Shown here: piece after piece, positions 34,357-44,501 of the stretch
Numbering within the stretch: the stretch's first letter is position 1
Layout: each line of letters begins with the position of its first letter
Assembly: GCA_964384235.1 (NCBI GenBank)
Contig: CAYLJX010000001.1
Coordinates: 22,792-86,791 of the forward strand
Direction: 5' to 3'
DNA length: 64,000 nucleotides
Source: an uncultured Bdellovibrionales bacterium
Lineage (GTDB): Bacteria; Patescibacteriota; Minisyncoccia; Moranbacterales; UBA1568
The notes under the pieces: generated by a model
What the model was told of the DNA's origin: nothing
Database searches by the model: none
What the model saw: the letters and a program-made list of their open reading frames with translations, nothing else
Translations under genes and position numbers: made by a program

Positions 34357-34552
34357 ATCCCTCTTCTATCTATAGTATAAGGCATACTCCATTGTATTTT
34401 TTTCCGGCCGCGATGTCAATGCGCAAAGACGAGAAGTTATGAGTCTTGAGACCAGAGGTTACGAAACCGGATTTTCCAGACTCCAGACTCATACGCTCCT
34501 TGCCTAAGATTGACAATGGCGTTGGAGGAGGCGTGAAGTTATGATATAGTAA

Positions 34553-35662
34553 ATGCATCATACCTTCGGATACAAACACACAAACATGCTTTTTCGTTTT
34601 GGAAAATCTTATTTTCTCGGTGTCGATTTCGGCACGTCTTCCATCAAGGCGGTGGAACTCACCGTCGAGGGTGGTCGACCGATGCTCTCCAACTACGGAC
34701 AGGTGAGTCTGGAGATCCTGGAAAAGGGTATCCGCGAAGGGCGGACCTATGACGATGAGATCACTCTGCACTTGCGGGCGCTGCTTCAGAAGTTCCATCC
34801 GAAGGGGAACACGGTTTCCGTCGCCATGCCGGCCTTCATCGGACTCATTTCGCTCGTCGAGCTTCCGAAGATGGAAGAGCGTGAGCTCAAGGAGGCTATC
34901 CAGTTTGAGGCGCACAAGTATATCCCGACACCGCTTGACGAGGTGGCCTTGAGCTGGGAGGTCGTCGGGACGACCGGCACGGATGACCTGAAAGGAGGGG
35001 CGTCCGGACAAAAGATGGAAGTACTCCTCGTCGCGGCGCTCAACAAGGAAGTGGGCCGGTATGAGAAGTATGTCCAGGAGACCGGGTTGAAGATGGACCT
35101 TCTGGAACTGGAAACGTTTTCGTTGGTCCGTTCCCTGGTGGACAAGACACTGGGATTGGTGCTCATCATCGATATCGGGGCGCGCGCGACCAACCTGGTG
35201 CTCGCCGAGGATGGTATGGTCAAGGTGAGCCGCAATCTGGACGTCGGTGGTCGGGATATCACGCGTACCCTGATGGAGGGACTGAGTATCACCCAGGATC
35301 GCGCGGAGACTCTCAAGAAGAGCGGCAAGGATTTCCTCAATACCCCGGAATCGGCGCTGGTTTTCCCGGTGCTCCAGATGGTGGCGAGCGAGGGAAAGCG
35401 GATCCTGGAGGCGTACGGTGTGAAACACCCGGGAGTCGTCTGTGATACCGTCATCCTTTCCGGAGGAACAGCCCAGTTTACCGGACTCACTGAATACTTT
35501 TCGAAGATCTTTTCGCTCCCGGTCCGTGTCGGTGAGCCCTGGAAGCGCGTTTCCTACGGCGAGGAGCTGCAGCCCATGATCGATCGTCTGGGGACGTCCT
35601 TTTCGGTGGCATTAGGACTGGCGCTTTCCGGAGCCGAAGCGGGACTGAAAAAGAAGAAATGA
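34553..35662 (+). CDS. pilM: type IV pilus assembly protein PilM
   Basis: Actin-like fold N-terminus (LGVDFGTSSIKAVEL). First gene of a pilMNO-pilB set. Confidence 0.85.
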   Translation: MHHTFGYKHTNMLFRFGKSYFLGVDFGTSSIKAVELTVEGGRPMLSNYGQVSLEILEKGIREGRTYDDEITLHLRALLQKFHPKGNTVSVAMPAFIGLISLVELPKMEERELKEAIQFEAHKYIPTPLDEVALSWEVVGTTGTDDLKGGASGQKMEVLLVAALNKEVGRYEKYVQETGLKMDLLELETFSLVRSLVDKTLGLVLIIDIGARATNLVLAEDGMVKVSRNLDVGGRDITRTLMEGLSITQDRAETLKKSGKDFLNTPESALVFPVLQMVASEGKRILEAYGVKHPGVVCDTVILSGGTAQFTGLTEYFSKIFSLPVRVGEPWKRVSYGEELQPMIDRLGTSFSVALGLALSGAEAGLKKKK

Positions 35663-35715
35663 AGACCCGCAGAAAATCATCCGAAACAAACCCTTAAAAC
35701 ATAAAAAACAAAAAG

Positions 35716-36282
35716 ATGGCCGGTATCAATCTCTCACAATCAGCGCAGGGGCGGGACTTCGAGCGGGGAGAAATGTTCGATCAGGGGGCTCTGTGGAGTC
35801 TCGTGATATTTTTGCTCGTATTGGCAACGTGGGGAGGGCTTTCTTTCTACACGGGGACGTTGGAAAAGAAAATCGCCGATCTGGACGCCTCGCTCGTGGA
35901 GAACAATGAACGTCTCCGTGGTCCGGAAGCGTCGCGGGTGGCGGATTTCGATACGCGCCTCGCGCTTCTCGATAAGAACATGGGTCTCGGGGTCGAACCG
36001 GCGGAACTGTTCTCACAGCTGGAGAAGCTCACGGTTCCTTCCGTGACCCTTACCAAGTATGAATACAGCCGGGGTGAAAAGAGACTCAGCATCATAGGCT
36101 CTACGGACAATTTCAAGTATCTGGCACAGCAGATCACCAGTCTCAAGTCGGAAGATCCGTTTACGGATATCAGGGTCGAATCCGTGGGCCGGACGAAAGA
36201 GGGGAGGATCGTATTCACTCTCCAGGCCGATTTGACCGAGGCGGCTTTGCCTCAGCAGAGCCCTGCCGGAGTGATCCAATAA
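35716..36282 (+). CDS. pilN: PilN-like pilus assembly protein
   Basis: Single N-terminal TM followed by a coiled-coil. Positioned after pilM. Confidence 0.55.
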   Translation: MAGINLSQSAQGRDFERGEMFDQGALWSLVIFLLVLATWGGLSFYTGTLEKKIADLDASLVENNERLRGPEASRVADFDTRLALLDKNMGLGVEPAELFSQLEKLTVPSVTLTKYEYSRGEKRLSIIGSTDNFKYLAQQITSLKSEDPFTDIRVESVGRTKEGRIVFTLQADLTEAALPQQSPAGVIQ

Positions 36283-36303
36283 TTTCTTGTACAGTCTTCA
36301 CGT

Positions 36304-37107
36304 ATGCGGTTAAAAATACTCATCGTTCCCTTTTTCGTCATCATGACGCTCATCATCGGCATCGGCTATGTCCAGCCGGAGTTCGCCTTGATGCAGGAGA
36401 GGCAGGCGCAACTTGCCGACAAGGAAATCCAGGTGTCCAAGCTGGAGACGACGCTCTCGAACATCCGAAGCATGAATGACACGCTGGATGCCAAGCCGGA
36501 TTCCGAACGGTTCGTCATGAACGCCTTGCCAGCGTCCCTCGATCAGGAGAAGACCATCGACATGCTGAACTTTCTCGCGACTCAGTCAGGGCTCCTCATG
36601 ACGGATCTCGTCGTGGCGGAGGTGTCGGACACGGCCCAGCTGAACGTTCTGCCGGAATCGTCCTATCAGGTGCCGTATCTGAGCGGTGCCGGTTCCCAGG
36701 CACTCATTCCTACCGATATCACGGTACCTCTCCTGCCATCGACCGCCGAGGCCTACACCGTCAGGGCTCAGGTCAGGGGTTCGTACGAGAATATCAAGAC
36801 GTTTCTCAGTCAGGCGGCCCATTCCAACCGTTCGTATCGGATCCGTCTCCTGGAAGTGAGCGCTGACACGCAGGCCGCGGTCGATCCCGTTACCGGGCTT
36901 CCTCTCCAGGTGGGGACGCTCGCCGGATCGTTCGAGGCGTACTTCGACTATCTCCCCAAGACATCTGTCCGCTCGGCTCTCGATATGCCGGTGTTCCAGA
37001 AAGGACAACTGGACTTCTCTCCCGCATCCAGGATGCTCGAGAGGATGCAGGGAACCGTACCCGAACTCGAGAAACCGGTCGCCGGAAAAGCCAACCCCTT
37101 TCAGTGA
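36304..37107 (+). CDS. pilO: PilO-like pilus assembly protein
   Basis: N-terminal TM and coiled-coil. Positional inference only. Confidence 0.45.
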   Translation: MRLKILIVPFFVIMTLIIGIGYVQPEFALMQERQAQLADKEIQVSKLETTLSNIRSMNDTLDAKPDSERFVMNALPASLDQEKTIDMLNFLATQSGLLMTDLVVAEVSDTAQLNVLPESSYQVPYLSGAGSQALIPTDITVPLLPSTAEAYTVRAQVRGSYENIKTFLSQAAHSNRSYRIRLLEVSADTQAAVDPVTGLPLQVGTLAGSFEAYFDYLPKTSVRSALDMPVFQKGQLDFSPASRMLERMQGTVPELEKPVAGKANPFQ

Positions 37108-37137
37108 TAGTGGTATAAGTTTTTTGGAAAGAGCGTT

Positions 37138-38811
37138 ATGGCAGAAACAGACCGAGGGACGGCTTCCGACGGACAGTCGCCAGGCGAGGTGGATGTGACT
37201 GATCGTGCGACCGCACTCAACATCCCTCTTTTGAGCGAGGTTCCCCGCGAACTCGACAAAACCGTTCTCTCGGTCATCCCCGAGGAATCGGCGAGGAAGT
37301 ACCGGATGGTCGCCTTCAAGAAAGAAGGGGAGACGCTTCATGTTGCCATGGTGGATCCCCAGGACTTCGAGGCGCTCAATGTCCTACGGTTCCTGGCTGA
37401 GAAGGAACGTCTAGGTATCGAGGTCTATCTGACGACCGAAAAGGTGTTCTCCGATGTCGCCAAGAATTACACCGGAACGGACCAGGCCCTCAAGGATGCG
37501 ATCCTCTCCCTGAAGAAGGAGGAGAACATCACGCTGGAAATCAAGGAGGAAAAGAAGGCGCAGGGCAAAGACGCGGAGATATTTCAGGACGCACCGATCG
37601 CCAAGTTGGTGGAGGTCATTGTCAAGCATGCCATGGACGGCCGGGCGAGCGATATCCATATCGAGCCGGTGGAGGGGAGTTACCGGGTGCGGTTCCGTAT
37701 CGACGGACTGCTCCGCTCGCAGCTCGTCTTTCCGATAGAGGTCGGCCGGGCGGTCATCTCGCGTATCAAGATCCTCTCCAATCTCAAGATCGATGAGAAG
37801 CGCAAACCTCAGGACGGCCGCTTCCGTTTCGAGGGGGAGGACGAAGCTGTCGACCTGCGCGTCTCCAGTCTGCCGGTGATCGATGGTGAGAAGATCGTGA
37901 TGCGCGTCCTGGACAAGAGTCACAACGTGAGCGATCTGGAGAAGCTCGGACTGTGGGGGAGGAACCGGTCGGTGCTGGAGCGACGGATCCGCGAACCGTT
38001 CGGTATCATCCTCATCACCGGACCGACCGGCTCGGGTAAGTCCACCACGCTTTACGCGTTCCTGCAGATCCTCAACCAGGAAGAGCGCAACATCATCACG
38101 CTCGAGGACCCGGTCGAGTACTATGTCGAGGGTATCAATCAGAGTCAGATCAAGCCGGAGATCGGATATACCTTCGCGAGCGGACTGCGCTCCATCCTGC
38201 GCCAGGACCCCAATGTCATCATGGTCGGTGAGATCCGTGACAGCGAGACGGCGGAGCTTGCCATCCATGCGGCGCTCACCGGACACCTCGTCCTCTCGAC
38301 TTTGCATACCAATGATGCCATCGGCGCGGTGCCGCGTCTCATCGATATGGGGATCGAACCGTTTCTCCTGGCTTCGTCACTGCAGGTGATGGCGGCGCAA
38401 CGTCTGGTACGGCGTATCTGCGACCAGTGCAAGGAGCCTCTGGAACTCTCGTCCGTGCAGCGTTCCCGGCTTCAGGAGTTCTTCAAGAGTATTCCTGAGG
38501 AAGAAGTCCGCGCTTATGATCTCGATCCAAAGCGGGAACTCGTCTTTTACCACGGCAAGGGATGCGACGAGTGTGGCAATACCGGATACAAGGGACGGAT
38601 CGCAGTCTACGAAGTGTTGGAAGTCGATGAGGGAGTGCACGAGATCATCGCCGACAAGAACGGGAACGAAGTGGAACTCCGTAAGGCCGCCGACAATCAG
38701 AAGATGCTTTCCATGAAACAGGATGGCTTGCTCAAGGTGCTCAAAGGTATCACGACGCTCGCGGAAATGGAACGCGTGACGGAAGGGAAGATCCTTGTCG
38801 ATGAGGAGTGA
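37138..38811 (+). CDS. pilB: type IV pilus assembly ATPase PilB (GspE family)
   Basis: GSPII_E N-domain, Walker A GPTGSGKST, Asp box, His box, and a tetracysteine motif (CDQC...CDEC). Confidence 0.9.
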   Translation: MAETDRGTASDGQSPGEVDVTDRATALNIPLLSEVPRELDKTVLSVIPEESARKYRMVAFKKEGETLHVAMVDPQDFEALNVLRFLAEKERLGIEVYLTTEKVFSDVAKNYTGTDQALKDAILSLKKEENITLEIKEEKKAQGKDAEIFQDAPIAKLVEVIVKHAMDGRASDIHIEPVEGSYRVRFRIDGLLRSQLVFPIEVGRAVISRIKILSNLKIDEKRKPQDGRFRFEGEDEAVDLRVSSLPVIDGEKIVMRVLDKSHNVSDLEKLGLWGRNRSVLERRIREPFGIILITGPTGSGKSTTLYAFLQILNQEERNIITLEDPVEYYVEGINQSQIKPEIGYTFASGLRSILRQDPNVIMVGEIRDSETAELAIHAALTGHLVLSTLHTNDAIGAVPRLIDMGIEPFLLASSLQVMAAQRLVRRICDQCKEPLELSSVQRSRLQEFFKSIPEEEVRAYDLDPKRELVFYHGKGCDECGNTGYKGRIAVYEVLEVDEGVHEIIADKNGNEVELRKAADNQKMLSMKQDGLLKVLKGITTLAEMERVTEGKILVDEE

Positions 38812-39001
38812 ATGATGAATGAGGAGATAGGAATAACGAATAAGGAATAGCGAATGATGAAAATAGGAGGAAGAGAATTTTTTTGATATACTTTCAGTAA
38901 AGACAACCCATGAATGAGTGGAGAATTCCGAGGAAGAAACAAGCCTGAGAGAATCCTTGCATCATAATTCATCATTCATATCTCATCATTCATAATTCCA
39001 A
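38810..39001. repeat. inverted pair of heptanucleotide-periodic arrays (GAATNNN x about 10 on the left, ATTCATN x about 6 on the right)
   Basis: Left array GAATGAT GAATGAG GAGATAG GAATAAC GAATAAG GAATAGC GAATGAT GAAAATA... (38810-38879). Right array CATCATA ATTCATC ATTCATA TCTCATC ATTCATA (38960-38994), the reverse complement of the left unit. They are separated by about 80 nt in the pilB-pilT intergenic gap. Confidence 0.6.
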
Positions 39002-39005
39002 ACCG

Positions 39006-40088
39006 ATGGAAGCTCTGCACGCGGAACAACGTCTGAAGAATCTCCTGCTCCTGGTCGGGCAGCAGGGGGCGTCCGATCTCCATCTGGTGGTCGGCCGGTA
39101 TCCGATGCTCCGTATCGACGGCAAACTTCATCCGATCACGCAGGAGCAGGTGCTCACGCCGGCCGATACCAAGGCGCTTTCCGATGTGCTCCTGACCGAT
39201 GAGAAGAAGCAGGAACTCCTCTCCTCCGGTCAGACGGACTTCTCCTACAATTTTGAGGATCGGGTACGCTTCCGTACCAACGTCTTTTTCCAGAAAGGGT
39301 ATGTGAGCGTGACGATGCGTTTCGTCATGGACCGCCTGCGTACTCTCGACGAGCTTAATATCCCCAACTCCCTCTACACCTTCGCGAACTATTCCCAGGG
39401 GCTGGTGCTGGTGACCGGGCCGGTCGGTCACGGCAAGTCGACCACCTTGGCCGCCATCATCGACTACATCAATCACAACCAGGAGAAGCATATCGTTACC
39501 ATCGAGGACCCGATCGAGTTCGTCTACAATCAGGACCGCTGCATCATCAACCAGCGTGAGATCGGCCGTGATGCCAAGAACTTTCCCGACGCGCTCCGCG
39601 CCGTCTTCCGCGAGGACGTGAACGTCGTGCTCCTCGGTGAGCTCCGCGACCTCGAGACCATCAGTACGGCCATGACAGCGGCCGAGACGGGACACCTCAT
39701 CTTCGCGACCTTGCATACCAACGACTCCGCCCAAACCATCGACCGCATCATCGACGTCTTTCCGGCCCATCAGCAGAACCAGGTGCGCTCCCAGCTTGCG
39801 AGCGTCATCCTCGGGGTCATCTCGCAGCGCCTCCTGCCGCAGACCGGCGGAGGCCGCATTCCGGCGACGGAAATCATGTTCAAGAACCATGCGGTGGAAA
39901 ACCTGATCCGCGAGAACAAGGTCCATCAGCTCGACTCCGTCATCGAGACGAGCCTCAAGGATGGTATGATCTCACTGGATCGGGCGCTTGCCGACCTGGT
40001 CCGTCGCGGACTGGTCTCGGTCAATGACGCGTTCACCTTCGCCAAGAATCAGGAGTATCTTCAGATGCTTATCGGTAAAGGTGACTGA
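39006..40088 (+). CDS. pilT: twitching motility ATPase PilT
   Basis: Walker A GPVGHGKST and PilT signature AHLIFATLHTN. 360 aa. Confidence 0.9.
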   Translation: MEALHAEQRLKNLLLLVGQQGASDLHLVVGRYPMLRIDGKLHPITQEQVLTPADTKALSDVLLTDEKKQELLSSGQTDFSYNFEDRVRFRTNVFFQKGYVSVTMRFVMDRLRTLDELNIPNSLYTFANYSQGLVLVTGPVGHGKSTTLAAIIDYINHNQEKHIVTIEDPIEFVYNQDRCIINQREIGRDAKNFPDALRAVFREDVNVVLLGELRDLETISTAMTAAETGHLIFATLHTNDSAQTIDRIIDVFPAHQQNQVRSQLASVILGVISQRLLPQTGGGRIPATEIMFKNHAVENLIRENKVHQLDSVIETSLKDGMISLDRALADLVRRGLVSVNDAFTFAKNQEYLQMLIGKGD

Positions 40089-40129
40089 CCTCTGTAGAAA
40101 AAAAACGAGAAAAACAAACAACCGATGTT

Positions 40130-41338
40130 ATGAAATTCCTTTTCAAGGCGAAAAATGAGGCCGGACATGTCCGGGAAGGACTGGTCGAGGCGATCAGTAA
40201 GGAAGCGGCCAGTCAGATCCTCCAGAAGAACGGTCTGGTTCCGATTTCCGTCCGGGAAGAACAGAAGTCGCTCACCTTGGTGAAGTCGATTTCCAAGTTC
40301 TGGGAGGGGGTCAGCCAGAAGGAGCAGATGGTGTTCTTCCGACAGCTTGCCACACTCATCGAGGCGCGTGTCCCGATCGTCTCGTCGCTTGACACGATCG
40401 GAGAGCAGTCCGAAAACCACTATCTGCGGCTCATCGTCAAGGAAATGAGCGACGATATCGGCGATGGTATGCCGTTTTCCGACGCGTTGGAAAAGCACCC
40501 GGACGTCTTCTCTCCGCTCACCATCAACATGATCCGGGCGGGTGAGGTCTCGGGAAGTCTCCAGAAGTCCATCACGTTCGTCGCGGACAACATCGAGAAG
40601 AACTACCAGCTCACCGCCAAGATCAAGGGCGCCCTGTACTATCCGACCTTCGTCCTCTTGGTCGCGTTCATCATCGGGTTCCTGGTCGTGACGTTCATTC
40701 TTCCCAAGATCACGATCCTCATCAAGGATCTCAATGTTCCGGTCCCGTGGTATACATCGGTGCTCATCGCCACCGGGGACTTTATGAATGCCTACTGGTG
40801 GGCGGTACTCATGATGCTTTTCGCCGGAGCGACCGGTTTCGCCTACTATATCCGCACCGAATCAGGCAAGCGCGAATTCGAAGAAGTCGTCCTCAAGATC
40901 CCGGTCATCGGGACGCTCGCTCAGAACGTCTATATCACGCGTTTCTCGGAGAATCTCTCCGCGCTCCTCAATGGCGGTATCCCGGTGGTGCGTGCCCTCA
41001 TCATCGTGAGCGAGGTGATCGGCAACCAGGTCTTCAAGCGGATCGTGCTCAAGGCGGCGGAAGAGGTGAAGGCCGGCGGAACCATGAGCACGGTGCTCAT
41101 CCGCTACCGCGAGATGCCGCCCATCGTCTCACAGATGATCCGTATCGGCGAGGAGACCGGGACGCTCTCCCGGGTACTTAAGAGCGTCGGGGTGTTCTAC
41201 AATCAGGAAGTGGACAACATGACCAAGAACCTCACGGCTCTCATCGAACCGATCCTCATCGTCGCGCTCGGTATCGGTGTGGGTATCCTGGTGGTGGGTG
41301 TGCTCATGCCGATTTACAATATCGCCGGACAGTTGTAG
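40130..41338 (+). CDS. pilC: type IV pilus platform protein PilC (GspF family)
   Basis: 402 aa with two T2SSF repeats and 3+ TM helices. Confidence 0.9.
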   Translation: MKFLFKAKNEAGHVREGLVEAISKEAASQILQKNGLVPISVREEQKSLTLVKSISKFWEGVSQKEQMVFFRQLATLIEARVPIVSSLDTIGEQSENHYLRLIVKEMSDDIGDGMPFSDALEKHPDVFSPLTINMIRAGEVSGSLQKSITFVADNIEKNYQLTAKIKGALYYPTFVLLVAFIIGFLVVTFILPKITILIKDLNVPVPWYTSVLIATGDFMNAYWWAVLMMLFAGATGFAYYIRTESGKREFEEVVLKIPVIGTLAQNVYITRFSENLSALLNGGIPVVRALIIVSEVIGNQVFKRIVLKAAEEVKAGGTMSTVLIRYREMPPIVSQMIRIGEETGTLSRVLKSVGVFYNQEVDNMTKNLTALIEPILIVALGIGVGILVVGVLMPIYNIAGQL

Positions 41339-41412
41339 AATAAGAATGAGGTTCGGATGAATTTCTCGAACTCGTAAAAAATAAAAATCAAAAATAGAAA
41401 GGTGGTGAGAAT

Positions 41413-41772
41413 ATGAAAAAAACATTGAAAGGCTTTACCCTTATCGAGCTCCTCATCGTCATCGCGATCATCGGTATTCTCGCCTCGATCGTGCTCGTGA
41501 GTCTCTCCAACGCCCGGACGAAGGCGCAGGTCGCATCGTTCAAGTCGGAGACGTCCGGATCGGTTGCCGGACTTCTGTCCCAGTGTGACTCGGGAAACAT
41601 CACGCTTCCCAACAATACCAATACGACGACCTGGGCTTCGGTTGACGCCGAAGACTGCGGTGCTGCCGGATCAGGCACGTTCGAGATAACCGCAAGTCCG
41701 GTGAACACGGCTATCAACTGCACGGCGAACGTCACGAACACAGGTGTTCTCTATAGCGGTGGCGGCTGTTAG
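41413..41772 (+). CDS. pilA: type IV major pilin (prepilin N-terminal methylation domain)
   Basis: MKKTLKG|[20 protein letters not shown] class III signal, with a C-terminal disulfide pair. Confidence 0.85.
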   Translation: MKKTLKGFTLIELLIVIAIIGILASIVLVSLSNARTKAQVASFKSETSGSVAGLLSQCDSGNITLPNNTNTTTWASVDAEDCGAAGSGTFEITASPVNTAINCTANVTNTGVLYSGGGC

Positions 41773-41813
41773 TATCGACGGATCGTCTAAAAGTTAAAGA
41801 AGAGGGTATAATT

Positions 41814-42173
41814 ATGAAAAAAGTACAGAAGGGTTTCACCCTTATCGAGCTCCTCATCGTCATCGCGATCATCGGTATTCTCGCCTCGATCGTGCTCGTG
41901 AGTCTCTCCAACGCCCGGACGAAGGCGCAGGTCGCATCGTTCAAGTCGGAGACATCAGGTGCGGTAGCAGGACTTCTCCTGCAGTGTGACTCGGGAAACA
42001 TCACGCTTCCTGCGGACACCAATACCACGAACTACCCGACGACTGCGACGCAGAGCTGCGGCGCTTCGGGAAGCGGCACGTTCAACTTTACCGCTACACC
42101 GGTGAACACGGCTGTCAACTGCACGGCGACCGTGACGAATACTGGGGCGACCTACGTCGGAGGCGGTTGCTAA
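41814..42173 (+). CDS. type IV pilin paralog (tandem duplicate)
   Basis: Same leader and first about 45 residues as 41413..41772, encoded by identical DNA over about 130 nt. Divergent C-terminal half. Confidence 0.85.
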   Translation: MKKVQKGFTLIELLIVIAIIGILASIVLVSLSNARTKAQVASFKSETSGAVAGLLLQCDSGNITLPADTNTTNYPTTATQSCGASGSGTFNFTATPVNTAVNCTATVTNTGATYVGGGC

Positions 42174-42191
42174 AGCGCCATCAGGTTTAAA

Positions 42192-42224
42192 AAAACAAAG
42201 CAATTACATTGCTTTGTTTTTTTG
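42192..42224 (+). terminator. intrinsic terminator after the pilin pair
   Basis: AACAAAGCAA-ttacat-TTGCTTTGTT followed by TTTTT. Confidence 0.5.
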
Positions 42225-42288
42225 TCGGTGATATCCTTTCTTAAGGAGATATTCCTTTTATGATGGGAAAAACGGTATTTTCTCTGCT

Positions 42289-43953
42289 ATGAAAAAAAAG
42301 TCATTGCTGGTGATCGAAAGAATCCGGGAGACCTTCGAAAGGAACCTTCCTCTCAGGGTGGCGGGCGTTTTTATCCTGTATTTCCTGTTGTTTTCTTTTT
42401 ATTTTTTCCTCGGGACGTTCACTTCCACGGATGATCAGTTCTTCAATATCCGATTCTCCGCCATGATCCGTGAAGAGGGCTTTTCCGTTCTTCGGGAATT
42501 CGACTGGTTCGCCTTCATGTCCCCATCCCCGTGGATCTCCAATCTGTTGTTTTACGTTTTCCTTATCCCGTTCACCGCGGTTTCCCCGTTGGAGATCGGC
42601 ATCAAGCTATACGGAGTCATGGCGATCGCGGGTACGTTCGGCATGCTCTATTACTTTTTTTCGACCGTCCGTACCCGGTATCCGTTCCTGTATACCCTGC
42701 TTGCTTCCGCGCTGTTTCTTTCCGCGGCCCTTTTCTGGCGCCTCTTGAACGCGAGAGCCTTCGTCCTGGCGCCGGCGTTTCTTCTTTTGGAACTGGTTTT
42801 CCTCTTGAGGGGTCGTTATGTGGCGGCCGGAACTGTTTCTTTCCTGTACTTCTTTTGGCATACGGGGACATTCTTTTTTCCGCTGATCGTAGCTTTCGCT
42901 CATTTCCTTTTCTTGTCCCGAGAACGCGGAAAACCTCACTATGAGAGTCTCGCGGCGCCGATACTCGGGATGTTAGGAGCGTTGGGGACGGGCATCCTGC
43001 TCATCCCTGGATTTTTTTCGGCTCTTGTACAGGGTGTCGCGACGGTAGTAAAGATCGTTTTTTCAACGGGCATCGCGAGCCGCGTCAGTATCGATGAAGG
43101 TGTCGAGGTGTACCCTACCAACATATTCGATCTTTACCGGGATACTCCGATTCTCATGGTGATCCTGGTCGTCTGTTTCGTTTTTTGGATATCGGCCTTT
43201 CTGCGGAAGGCTCGGCAAGGGGAAACGGAAGCGTCGTCCCTTGATACCGTTCCGGGTGGGACGCTTTTTCTCTTGAGCAGTCTTTTTCTCCTGGGATCGT
43301 TCGTAACGAAGCGCATGCTTGATTTTTTTGCCGTGTTTTCCGTTGTGTTCACGGTCTATTCGCTGAGCGTTCTTTCCGAACGGTTCCGATGGAAGTCACG
43401 ACCGCTCTTCGTGGGGCTTGTATTCGCCGGCCTCATAGGGCTCTCCACGCACCTTCTGCTGCTTGCGGACAGTATCGGTTCCCAAAGACAGCATACCCGT
43501 ATTCAGGGGGCGGCCGAATGGCTGTCCGGACATACGGACAAAGGCGAGATCGTCTTCAATCCGACGATAAACTTTTTCCCGACCTTCTTCTTTTTCAACA
43601 AAGGCCATAACCGGGTCATCGTGGGCGCCGAGCCGAGGGGTCTGTATGAGTTCGATCAGAAAAGATATTGGTTATGGTATAACTTTTCCAATAAGGGGAT
43701 AGTCTGTGATGACGAACGGTGTCCCGAAGAGCTGGCGGAAGCCGACAGTACTCTCCGAACCGATCCTGACAGGTGGTACGCAGAAACAGGGGAGAGGGCA
43801 TCTCGGATGATACGGGAGGATTTTTCTTCGCGCTATGTCATCGTGTCGAAGGATTTCGAGCGCTTGAGCGACGTTCTGGAAAATTCAGGCAGTTTCGAGA
43901 AGGTGTATGAGGATTCCGTTCCGGTTTTCTACTCCGTGTATAGGGTGAAGTGA
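42289..43953 (+). CDS. polytopic membrane protein, possibly ArnT/PMT-like glycosyltransferase (family 39/83)
   Basis: 554 aa, at least 12 TM helices and a large C-terminal soluble domain. Located between pilin genes. Confidence 0.4.
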   Translation: MKKKSLLVIERIRETFERNLPLRVAGVFILYFLLFSFYFFLGTFTSTDDQFFNIRFSAMIREEGFSVLREFDWFAFMSPSPWISNLLFYVFLIPFTAVSPLEIGIKLYGVMAIAGTFGMLYYFFSTVRTRYPFLYTLLASALFLSAALFWRLLNARAFVLAPAFLLLELVFLLRGRYVAAGTVSFLYFFWHTGTFFFPLIVAFAHFLFLSRERGKPHYESLAAPILGMLGALGTGILLIPGFFSALVQGVATVVKIVFSTGIASRVSIDEGVEVYPTNIFDLYRDTPILMVILVVCFVFWISAFLRKARQGETEASSLDTVPGGTLFLLSSLFLLGSFVTKRMLDFFAVFSVVFTVYSLSVLSERFRWKSRPLFVGLVFAGLIGLSTHLLLLADSIGSQRQHTRIQGAAEWLSGHTDKGEIVFNPTINFFPTFFFFNKGHNRVIVGAEPRGLYEFDQKRYWLWYNFSNKGIVCDDERCPEELAEADSTLRTDPDRWYAETGERASRMIREDFSSRYVIVSKDFERLSDVLENSGSFEKVYEDSVPVFYSVYRVK

Positions 43954-44024
43954 TGAGATGTTCACTCGAATTGTTTTCTGGTACACTGAGAACAGTTTTC
44001 TGATCTTTCTGTAAAAATAAAAAT

Positions 44025-44477
44025 ATGCATAAAAAAACAAAAAGACTCTTTTCAAAGAGTGATCTCGGTTTCACCCTCATCGAGCTCCTCATCGTCATCG
44101 CGATTATCGGTATTCTCGCGTCCGTCGTGCTCGTGAGTCTTTCCGTTTCCCGGACCAAGGCCCAGTTATCCGCTTTCAAGGGAGAGGTCGCCGGAGCGGC
44201 TGCCGGATTTACGCTTGCCTGTGAAAACAGTTTCGCCGCCCTGCAGACGGCCATAGTGGCTGCTAATACGGCGAGCAAAAACGTGGAGTATGTGAACGTC
44301 AACCCTGGAAACGGGACGACTCCCAGAACGGCGAGCTGTGGCACTGCCGGATCCGTACGGTTCAATATCACGGCGAACACGAGTGCTGATTCTTTGAACG
44401 CTCTCTGTGAATCCTCTACTGATCCCACTACCTCTGTCACGGAGAGCGGTGCATGGTTTTTGCCGACTTGCCGCTAA
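44025..44477 (+). CDS. type IV pilin (third paralog)
   Basis: ...SDLG|[25 protein letters not shown] prepilin signal. Confidence 0.8.
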   Translation: MHKKTKRLFSKSDLGFTLIELLIVIAIIGILASVVLVSLSVSRTKAQLSAFKGEVAGAAAGFTLACENSFAALQTAIVAANTASKNVEYVNVNPGNGTTPRTASCGTAGSVRFNITANTSADSLNALCESSTDPTTSVTESGAWFLPTCR

Positions 44478-44501
44478 TTTCTCCGTCACACTGCTTTTTG
44501 T

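Noticed and set aside
34381-34552. Possible small RNA or structured element upstream of pilM (TATGAGTCT...AGACTCATA long-range stem)
   Set aside because: The pairing is imperfect. No terminator or clear promoter could be assigned, and it cannot be supported without covariation data.
38810-39001. CRISPR array?
   Set aside because: The repeat units here, in ligA and in miaA are 7 nt with no unique spacers of 25 nt or more. These are not CRISPR repeats. No cas genes in the window.
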